DNA from: a virus
Taxonomy: Duplodnaviria; Caudoviricetes
Length of the DNA: 64,000 bases
Virus record (IMG/VR): IMGVR_UViG_3300035499_000522
Span: 32,001 to 96,000 of that record
Direction: 5' to 3' (one strand)
This document shows positions 1 through 6,412 of the stretch, piece by piece. Below the pieces are notes generated by a model that was not told the origin of the DNA, ran no database searches, and was given only the letters and a program-made list of their open reading frames with translations. The stretch's first letter is position 1, and each line of letters starts with the position of its first letter. Made by a program: the position numbers and the translations under genes.

Positions 1-2
1 CA

Positions 3-194
3 GCTAATTCCGATATATTCAACAATAGTACAGGTGAGGAAATTCCTCTTGAAGTTCTTGGTAAGAAGGATTTGCCTAATATCGAGAATGATTTTGATGT
101 TATTTACTTCTGCTTTTCGCCACAATGGACACCGTACAAATACAGACACCTGTATGAACTCATTATTGAAATGTGTAAAGGAGAACCCGTATGA
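3..194 (+). CDS. 3' end of a hypothetical protein (partial; ...FDVIYFCFSPQWTPYKYRHLYELIIEMCKGEPV)
   Basis: Open frame from the window edge to TGA at 192-194, overlapping the next ATG (ATGA). More plausible than the 34..237 ORF. Confidence 0.6.
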   Translation, partial: ANSDIFNNSTGEEIPLEVLGKKDLPNIENDFDVIYFCFSPQWTPYKYRHLYELIIEMCKGEPV

Positions 195-1003
195 ATATAT
201 TAATGGCTACGGATTCCAACACATATTGCGGATGTGAGCTTGTCGTTTATACGACACTCACCCACAACAAAAACGTAAATTTTTATATTCTTACCATGGA
301 TATTGAAATTGACAATGAGGAAACAGGAGAACATTTTGTTTATCGTGGACTGAACGACTGGCAGAAAAGCAAACTACGAAGAATAGTTAAGTATTTTGAC
401 AAAAACAGTCATATCACAATTATAGATGCAAAGGACTACTATCTGGAACATCTTAAGGACAGTCCTAACAAGTATTCCTGCTTTACACCTTATGCAACAC
501 TTAGGCTTATGGCTGATATAATTCTTCCCCATGTACACAATGTTTTGTATTTAGACTGTGATACCGCCGTAATGGGAGACATCACAGGAGTGTATGAGGA
601 ATACACACACAAAGATTGTAACTATGCTGCATGGATGGCGGAGGATGCTTGTGACGGTGAAGGTGAGATGGTTTCGGGTGTAATGATTATGAACCTTGAT
701 AAGATGCGTGAGACAGGTTTTCTCGCAACCGCAAGGCGAAACTATATGCAGAATAAGTACAGATACCCCGACCAAGATGCAATAAGAGATGCAGGAAAGC
801 CAGTACATTTACCGCAGTATTTCGGATTCTGCAATAACTTGGATGATTGCTTTGATATGCCACTGGTATTACATTTTACAAATCAGCTGTCACCCAAGAT
901 ATACACAGATAAAGGCAGGACGTACTTTTTTAAGAAGTTCCCGTTTTTGCAGTATGTCAAAGATGGTGTTGAACTGATTGACAGGATAAATTTTAAGGAT
1001 TAA
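191..1003 (+). CDS. Glycosyltransferase family 8 (GT-A fold)
   Basis: TLRLM...VLYLDCD (DxD), SGVMIMNL and YPDQD motifs, LHF near the C-terminus. Confidence 0.85.
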   Translation: MNILMATDSNTYCGCELVVYTTLTHNKNVNFYILTMDIEIDNEETGEHFVYRGLNDWQKSKLRRIVKYFDKNSHITIIDAKDYYLEHLKDSPNKYSCFTPYATLRLMADIILPHVHNVLYLDCDTAVMGDITGVYEEYTHKDCNYAAWMAEDACDGEGEMVSGVMIMNLDKMRETGFLATARRNYMQNKYRYPDQDAIRDAGKPVHLPQYFGFCNNLDDCFDMPLVLHFTNQLSPKIYTDKGRTYFFKKFPFLQYVKDGVELIDRINFKD

Positions 1004-1021
1004 CCGAAAGGAGAATGCTTT

Positions 1022-1336
1022 ATGAAAGCAAGAATAAACGAAAAGACTTACACCGTGGCAAAGGTAACAAAGACGTACTCAAAGGCAGAAGGTGCTTACA
1101 AGGTAGAACTTGTGTTTGAGAATACCGATGCCACAATCGAAGAACTTACACAGGCTTTTGTTGACGCAGGCAATGTAAATGTATCGGTTGAAAGAGAAGG
1201 ACTGGACGATATTGTTTTTGAAGGACTTACTCTGGATTACATTGCCGAGGATATTTACGAGGATGCTATTAAGGTTACTCTGATTACCAAGGTTGAGGGT
1301 GAGAAAGAGGAAACTGAGGAAGCAGTGCAGGAATAA
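1022..1336 (+). CDS. Acidic hypothetical protein
   Basis: AAGGAG RBS, 104 aa ORF. Confidence 0.75.
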   Translation: MKARINEKTYTVAKVTKTYSKAEGAYKVELVFENTDATIEELTQAFVDAGNVNVSVEREGLDDIVFEGLTLDYIAEDIYEDAIKVTLITKVEGEKEETEEAVQE

Positions 1337-1342
1337 TAAGTA

Positions 1343-1705
1343 ATGAAGAAAAGTAATATCGCTCTTTTCAGAATTGGTAATCATTATTTATACAGAGAAC
1401 AGAATCTTATTGAATGCGAAATTCCAATACTATTTGTGTGCATTGATGATGTTGACAATAGGTATCTGGTTCTTAATCTGGATTTTGAAATGGATGAATA
1501 TCTCGTAGCTAAGGTAACAAAAACCGACTTAACGGATATGCTTGAAAGCAAAATTACAATAAGAAAGCCATTTGAAAATTCAGAAAGCATTTATTTAATC
1601 CGTGCAGGAGAAAGCTTAGAAAAAGATATTATAGTCAAAAAAGATTTTTCTGATATAAATGAAGAAGATTTACCAAGAGAAAATTTGCATTTTATTATAA
1701 ATTAA
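1343..1705 (+). CDS. Hypothetical protein (DUF6575-like)
   Basis: PILFVC-D...RYL...EEDLP pattern. Family assignment is from memory and tentative. Confidence 0.55.
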   Translation: MKKSNIALFRIGNHYLYREQNLIECEIPILFVCIDDVDNRYLVLNLDFEMDEYLVAKVTKTDLTDMLESKITIRKPFENSESIYLIRAGESLEKDIIVKKDFSDINEEDLPRENLHFIIN

Positions 1706-1722
1706 ATAAGCTACAAAATATT

Positions 1723-1766
1723 AAAATAGAAATACTACATTCTATATTTGTAGTATTTCTATTTTT
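1723..1766 (+). terminator. 17-bp inverted repeat, probable terminator
   Basis: aaaatagaaatactaca / tgtagtatttctatttt. Confidence 0.55.
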
Positions 1767-1783
1767 AATAAGAGGAATAAATT

Positions 1784-2035
1784 ATGTATAAAATATTAAT
1801 TAAAAAGGCACAAATGCCTAAAAATACATATTCTTTATATACAGAAACAATAACAGAAGTAAATGAAGAAACAGAAGCAGTTACTAAAACAACTTCTATT
1901 TATGAAACAGATAGTTTAGATACTTTAGCTGAAAAATATAAAGAATTACTTAATACATATACAACAGGTTAGATATTAGTAGTAGATGAACTTGATGTTA
2001 ATTTGATAGCTAACATTACAGATACTACTGAATAA
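1784..2035 (+). CDS. Hypothetical protein (one in-frame TAG at 1970)
   Basis: GAGGA RBS. Readthrough adds 20 codons to TAA at 2033-2035, followed by a terminator hairpin. Confidence 0.7.
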
Positions 2036-2152
2036 GCGGCGACCCTTGGTTTGTGGTTTCCATGGACCAAGGGATTTCCGCATTTTTGTATTTTAATAAA
2101 TTTTATGATATAATAATTATAGAAAATAAAGAAAAGAAAGGAATTGATAGAT

Positions 2153-2326
2153 ATGGTTATAAGGTGTTTTAAATGTAATATTTGTAATCGTTATTTTGAT
2201 GAACCTATATGGAGTTCAGTCGACGGAAGTGAAGAATATTACACCCCCGCTTATGTTTTTGAAAAGGCTATTTGCCCCATATGCGGTAGCGAAAATTTTG
2301 AACTTACTGATATTGAAGAAAATTGA
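2153..2326 (+). CDS. Small zinc-ribbon protein
   Basis: CNIC...CPICGS motifs, upstream promoter and RBS. Confidence 0.65.
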   Translation: MVIRCFKCNICNRYFDEPIWSSVDGSEEYYTPAYVFEKAICPICGSENFELTDIEEN

Positions 2327-2375
2327 TTTTTTAAATTTTTTATGATATAATATTTATAGAAAGTGAGTGATAAAT

Positions 2376-3143
2376 ATGGAAAAAATTTGGGATAAGTTAA
2401 AAGATAGATATGAATTTTTGTGCGAAACCTATGGAGAAAATTCTGTTTTAGGAGTATTTCTTTATGGTTCACAGAATTATGGTATTGATAATAAAAATAG
2501 TGATGTTGATACTAAAGCTATATTAGTACCTTCTTTTGATGCTATAGCCAATAACGAAACTCCTATATCAGCAGGCTTTACATTTAACGATGAATTATTA
2601 GATGTAAAAGATATAAGATTAATGTGCAAAATGTACAAAAAGCAAGGTATTAATTTTATTGAAACCTTGTTTACTGATTATTATTGCCTTAATCCTATCT
2701 ATGCCCCAATATTTCATGAATATTTTATCAAAAATAATGAAACAATAGCACATTATAGTCATAAAGCAGCTGTTATAAGTGCAGCAGCAACTGGTTTAAA
2801 TACTTTAAAGAATAAATCAGATAAACCTATTTCTAATAAACAGGTTGCAACAGCATTAAGATTGCTTGATTTTATTAAAAAATTTGATATAGATTATATT
2901 CGTTATAGTTATCCAAAATCAATGGTTCCTTCTGGTGTTATTAAATCAAGAATTATGCTTTTGAAAGAAGAAGGAAATGAAGAATATCCTAAAAAAGATT
3001 TAATAGACGAATTTAAATCAACTTTTAATATGATATTAGAAGATTCGCTTTCATTAAAAGATGATAGAGATTTTGAAGTTGATAAAATCTTAACGCAAGG
3101 TACAAAAGCTTTAATCATGAAAAGATATGAACTTGAAAATTAA
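2376..3143 (+). CDS. Pol-beta superfamily nucleotidyltransferase
   Basis: LYGSQNYG...SDVDTK (GS...DxD) motif. The start may instead be GTG at 2367. Confidence 0.8.
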   Translation: MEKIWDKLKDRYEFLCETYGENSVLGVFLYGSQNYGIDNKNSDVDTKAILVPSFDAIANNETPISAGFTFNDELLDVKDIRLMCKMYKKQGINFIETLFTDYYCLNPIYAPIFHEYFIKNNETIAHYSHKAAVISAAATGLNTLKNKSDKPISNKQVATALRLLDFIKKFDIDYIRYSYPKSMVPSGVIKSRIMLLKEEGNEEYPKKDLIDEFKSTFNMILEDSLSLKDDRDFEVDKILTQGTKALIMKRYELEN

Positions 3144-3215
3144 AAAAATTTATGATATAATTATTATACAAAATAAAGAAAGAAGTAAAAAATATGGATA
3201 TTGACCATTAAAAAT

Positions 3216-3244
3216 TTGATTATTATAAAATTTTATGATATAAT
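3216..3244 (+). promoter_or_regulatory. sigmaA-type promoter driving the first tRNA/ncRNA transcript
   Basis: TTGATT-17 nt-TATAAT with extended -10 TG. Confidence 0.75.
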
Positions 3245-3266
3245 ATATATGTAATAATATTAAAGG

Positions 3267-3345
3267 TAAGCATTAACAGCAATTTTAATATAATTTTAAA
3301 GAAATTTTTAATAATAATAGAAAATATAGAATATTAAATGCTTAG
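3267..3345 (+). ncRNA. CAGCAA-stem RNA, copy 1 (Y-RNA-like candidate)
   Basis: TAAGCATT-aa-CAGCAA ... AATGCTTA-G terminal stem, same architecture as the other four copies. Confidence 0.65.
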
Positions 3346-3378
3346 AAAATCCAAAATTAATATTATTACATTATGTAT

Positions 3379-3455
<77 letters not shown>

Positions 3456-3460
3456 CTTTA

Positions 3461-3640
3461 AAGACACATGGGTATTGCAGCAAAAAATCAAATTATAATA
3501 GATAAGTAATACTAATGATAATTTGTTTCTTTGTTTAAAAGAAGATAGGTTATTATAAATGAAGCGTTTGATGGATTAAATACTCTTTGAAGTTTTTCGA
3601 TTAATCCAAATGCTTGCCAGAGGAAACTTCCGGTGTCTTG
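3461..3640 (+). ncRNA. CAGCAA-stem RNA, copy 2 (long, multi-hairpin)
   Basis: AAGACAC...gggtatt-g-CAGCAA ... aatgctt...GTGTCTT-G. Internal hairpins caaattat/ataatttg and ggattaa/ttaatcc. Confidence 0.65.
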
Positions 3641-3647
3641 TTTTTAT

Positions 3648-3723
3648 CGAGATGTAAGTCAATTGGTAGACGGCTAAGTTTGGGGCTTAGTAGCTGGAGG
3701 TTCGAGTCCTCTCATCTCGACCA
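3648..3723 (+). tRNA. tRNA-Pro(TGG)
   Basis: Cloverleaf, ctaag-ttTGGgg-cttag, CCA. Confidence 0.92.
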
Positions 3724-3726
3724 TAT

Positions 3727-3803
3727 GGGCGATTACCCGAATAGGCATAGGGGCTAGCCTTAGAAGCTAGTATGTTAGAGTTCAAATCTCTAATCGCCTA
3801 CCA
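3727..3803 (+). tRNA. tRNA-Leu(TAG anticodon) with short variable loop
   Basis: GGGCGAT/ATCGCCT acceptor, ctagc-ctTAGaa-gctag, A73, CCA. Confidence 0.85.
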
Positions 3804-3845
3804 TTGTATTATTTAGTAAATTGTATAATTTACAAAATCTTTACA

Positions 3846-4074
3846 TCGCTAGCTTAAAGTAGCGGATAGCTTTAAGACCCTACTATGAGGGGGATAGAAT
3901 AGTTGTGAAGCAGTTTGTACTTTTCTGTGTCTGTGAGCCAACAAACAGGCTTAACAAAAATTGAAAAGGGAGTTAGAAAGTTGGTTTTCTACTAAACGCC
4001 ATAAGTTGAAAAGAAACCACAAACGTTTGGGGCGGTAAGCTGCCTCTCCGATAAAATGGAGAAAGTGCTTACAA
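3846..4074 (+). ncRNA. Candidate structured ncRNA between tRNA-Leu and tRNA-Lys
   Basis: No ORF and locally GC-richer. Stems cttaaag/ctttaag, ttgtgaagca/tgcttacaa, tggttttct/agaaacca, ggggcgg/ctgcctc, tctcc/ggaga. Confidence 0.45.
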
Positions 4075-4078
4075 TTAT

Positions 4079-4154
4079 GCTCATGTAGTTCAGTTGGTAG
4101 AACAACTGACTTTTAATCAGTAGGTCGTGAGTTCGAGTCTCATCATGGGCACCA
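4079..4154 (+). tRNA. tRNA-Lys(TTT)
   Basis: Cloverleaf, actga-ctTTTaa-tcagt, CCA. Confidence 0.93.
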
Positions 4155-4160
4155 ATTTAA

Positions 4161-4263
4161 GGGGTTGTACTCAAGTGGTTGTACTCAAGTGGTTTAAGAG
4201 AGCTGTCTACTAAACAGCTAGTTCAGCAATGGAGCGTAAGTTCGAATCTTACCAATCCCGCCA
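4161..4263 (+). tRNA. tRNA-Ser with ACT anticodon and a 14-nt tandem duplication in the D-arm region
   Basis: GGGGTTG/CAATCCC acceptor, G73, long variable arm, gctgt-ctACTaa-acagc. ggttgtactcaagt is repeated at 4163-4176 and 4177-4190. Confidence 0.75.
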
Positions 4264-4264
4264 C

Positions 4265-4357
4265 GGAGAAGCATTATAGGGGCTATGACTGCTAGCCTTA
4301 GCCTTTGATAGCAGCAGTAAGGACGTCCACGCAATAACCAAAGGGTTCCGCTTCTCT
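4265..4357 (+). ncRNA. Candidate ~93-nt structured RNA directly after tRNA-Ser
   Basis: Closing stem ggagaagc/gcttctct, inner ggcta/tagcc and cctttg/caaagg, followed by a U-tract. Confidence 0.45.
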
Positions 4358-4363
4358 TTTTAT

Positions 4364-4392
4364 TTGTAAAATTTAAAAATTTATGTTATAAT
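4364..4392 (+). promoter_or_regulatory. sigmaA-type promoter for the suppressor-tRNA transcript
   Basis: TTGTAA-17 nt-TATAAT with extended TG. Confidence 0.7.
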
Positions 4393-4406
4393 TAATATGT
4401 AATCAA

Positions 4407-4472
4407 AAGGCATTTACAGCAAATTTTAAAGGAAATAATATAATAGCTTTAATTATTTATTAAAATGCCTTG
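4407..4472 (+). ncRNA. CAGCAA-stem RNA, copy 3
   Basis: AAGGCATTT-a-CAGCAA ... AAATGCCTT-G. Confidence 0.7.
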
Positions 4473-4479
4473 TTTATTT

Positions 4480-4570
4480 TGCGGAGTTGGCAAGCGGTTA
4501 AGCCTCAGGTCTCTAACACCTGCACCCCTTAGCGATAAGGTCCAGAGTTCGAATCTCTGCTCCGCAACCA
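4480..4570 (+). tRNA. Amber suppressor tRNA (anticodon CTA), probably Gln-accepting, with a long variable arm
   Basis: TGCGGAG/CTCCGCA acceptor (U1-A72), caggt-ctCTAac-acctg, variable hairpin cctta-gcga-taagg, TTCGAAT T-loop, CCA. Confidence 0.9.
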
Positions 4571-4578
4571 ATTTTTTA

Positions 4579-4667
4579 AAGATGCTAACAGCAAATTATT
4601 CTGGTTTAATAAAACTTATTTGAATGAAAACTTAATTTTCATATAATAAAAATATTTTGGCATCTTG
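4579..4667 (+). ncRNA. CAGCAA-stem RNA, copy 4
   Basis: AAGATGCT-aa-CAGCAA ... GGCATCTT-G. Confidence 0.7.
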
Positions 4668-4674
4668 TTAATAT

Positions 4675-4759
4675 GGGGGAATCGCATAGTGGCAATTGCG
4701 GCGGACTGTAAATTCGCTACCTTATGGTTTCCTTAGTTCGAGTCTAAGTTCCCCCACCA
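4675..4759 (+). tRNA. tRNA-Tyr(GTA)
   Basis: Cloverleaf with long variable arm, ctGTAaa loop, CCA. Confidence 0.92.
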
Positions 4760-4765
4760 ATATAT

Positions 4766-4841
4766 GAGGTTTGTAGTGTAATGGTTAGCACGTCAGTTCG
4801 TGGCACTGATAGAAAGAGTTCAAATCTCTTCATTCCTCCCA
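4766..4841 (+). tRNA. tRNA-His(GTG), atypical
   Basis: G-1:C73, tcagt-tcGTGgc-actga. Has C33 and two U-U mismatches in the acceptor stem. Confidence 0.75.
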
Positions 4842-4849
4842 CTAATTTA

Positions 4850-4978
4850 AAGGCACTTTCAGCAATATTAATTAGATATTTTAAGGAATTTTGTACATGG
4901 GTTCAATTCCCATTGCCGCTGCAATTAGTGGCGGTATAGCTTAGAGGTAAAGCAAAAATAATATACTAAAGTGTCTTG
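4850..4978 (+). ncRNA. CAGCAA-stem RNA, copy 5, with a circularly permuted tRNA-like module (YrlA-like Y RNA)
   Basis: AAGGCACTTT-CAGCAA ... AAAGTGTCTT-G. Inside: T-arm atggg-TTCAATT-cccat (4897-4913), loop-closed acceptor tgccgctgc/gtggcggta, D-arm ta-gctt-agaGGta-aagc. Confidence 0.85.
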
Positions 4979-4985
4979 TTTATTT

Positions 4986-5062
4986 GCTTGTGTAACTCAA
5001 ATGGCTAGAGTACTTCTTTCATAAGGAAGAGGTTGTAAGTTCAATTCTTACCACAAGTACCA
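4986..5062 (+). tRNA. tRNA with CAT anticodon (elongator Met or Ile2)
   Basis: cttct-ttCATaa-ggaag, CCA. Confidence 0.85.
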
Positions 5063-5065
5063 AAA

Positions 5066-5376
5066 CGGCTAGTAGCTGTGAATATAGGCGGAGTTAAATT
5101 AAGAAGAAAGGATTGAATTATCTCCTTTCTACCCAAATCTTCGTTAGGGTGATAACATGAGAGCTGCTCCTATGGCTGAAGGCTCTTTACTAGCTTCGTA
5201 ATTTTGAGGAATGAGAAACCTGCTCTCAATGGTTGAAATGATATATACCGAGAGCCGTGCTAATACGTATTAGACAAAATTATGACGTTACTTAAATAAG
5301 CGTGAATATTTAAGGTTTCTTATCTCAGTGCTTCATGGTGCGGCAGTCGCAGATAAGAATCAAAAAACCATGAAGC
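5066..5376 (+). ncRNA. Candidate structured ncRNA region with three folded domains
   Basis: Closing stems gctagta/tactagc (5068-5194), tgagaaacct/aggtttctta (5212-5322) and gcttcatggt/accatgaagc (5330-5376). No ORF. Confidence 0.5.
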
Positions 5377-5408
5377 TTTACATACAACTTTAATTATTTT
5401 ATATATAT

Positions 5409-5484
5409 TGGCATATAGCCAAGCGGCAAGGCAACGGATTTTGACTCCGCCATTACGAAGGTTCGAATCCTTCTATGCCAACCA
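5409..5484 (+). tRNA. tRNA-Gln(TTG)
   Basis: TGGCATA/TATGCCA acceptor, U1-A72, ttTTGac loop, CCA. Confidence 0.93.
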
Positions 5485-5507
5485 CTATATTCTTTATCCT
5501 TTCATAT

Positions 5508-5550
5508 AATGCGGGATGATGCACAATAGCTAATTCCCGCATTTTTATTT
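5508..5550 (+). terminator. Intrinsic terminator ending the tRNA cluster
   Basis: aatgcggga...tcccgcatt plus U-tract. Confidence 0.7.
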
Positions 5551-5607
5551 ATACCAATAAAGGTAAATTACTTTAGCGGTATACCAAAAAACTTTAAGGA
5601 GAAAATA

Positions 5608-6261
5608 ATGGAAAAACTTATAACAATGCTTGCCATGGTGTTAGCTCTAATAGCTTGCTCATTTACTACTATACCAACGCCCGCAAAGGATGAAGCTATT
5701 CCAATTATTCAAGAAGGAATTGAATATTAGTCTATTGATAATTTTAAATTAATAGAATACAAAGCTAAACAAGAGGTAAAAATAGAAACTCTTTCAATAG
5801 CTAAAGAATTAATAGAACTTCCAAATTGTGCTACTAATATGTATACTTTTATGGATTATAAAACTATTACAGATTCTACTTCTAATCAATGGAAACTTCA
5901 ATATGACAATAATGTATCTACTAATGAAAATGGTATTAGAATTTACACAAAAGACGAAATTGAATATTATATAGTGGCATTAGGTTCTGTGTGTGGGACT
6001 GATATAGGCGTCGCCTATAAAGTAACACTTGATAATGGCTCAGAATTTAATATTATTATGGGCGATTGTAAAGCGGGTGTTTATTATGGACACTCAACTA
6101 TTAACTACGATGGTTACTATTGTGTAAATATGATTGAATTTATAGTAAATGAAAATTATGTTCCTAATAGAATAAAAAATTTAGGTACATATTCTGGATT
6201 AGAATTTTTTAATGGTAATATTGCATCTATTGAAAAATTAGGTAAAATATGGGAAGCGTAA
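5608..6261 (+). CDS. Secreted or membrane-anchored hypothetical protein (one in-frame TAG)
   Basis: AAGGAG RBS and ATG at 5608 giving the signal peptide MEKLITMLAMVLALIACS, in frame with ORF 5839..6261. Confidence 0.75.
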
Positions 6262-6412
6262 TTAATAAGGCGGAAATAAATAAATAAAATATTTCCGCCT
6301 TATTTTTTTTGCATTTTTTAAAAATTAATGATATAATATATATAGAAAATGAAAAAGAAAAAAAAGAAACAAATGGTAATGCCAATTACCAAATCTTAAA
6401 GGAGATTAAATT

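Noticed and set aside
34-237. ORF-track calls overlapping or antisense to real genes (e.g. 34..237, 6386..6697, 7450..7890, 17156..18237 minus, 29105..30076 minus, 56438..56732)
   Set aside because: Shadow ORFs of well-supported genes with no RBS or motifs.
4480-4570. Pyrrolysine or selenocysteine tRNA
   Set aside because: tRNA-Pyl has a very short variable loop and tRNA-Sec reads TGA. No pyl or sel genes are present and TAG aligns with Gln positions.
4897-4954. A true permuted tRNA gene
   Set aside because: No anticodon loop can be rebuilt from the flanks; the module is embedded in the CAGCAA stem as in YrlA.
3804-5400. tmRNA, RNase P RNA or rRNA in the tRNA cluster
   Set aside because: No tmRNA Ala-like ends, RNase P P4 consensus or rRNA motifs were found.
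5555-5600. Late-promoter consensus (GGnnAA...AT-rich) upstream of 5608, 15431, 20124, 26458 and 57856
   Set aside because: The similarity is too weak in AT-rich DNA to support by eye and needs motif discovery on the whole genome.
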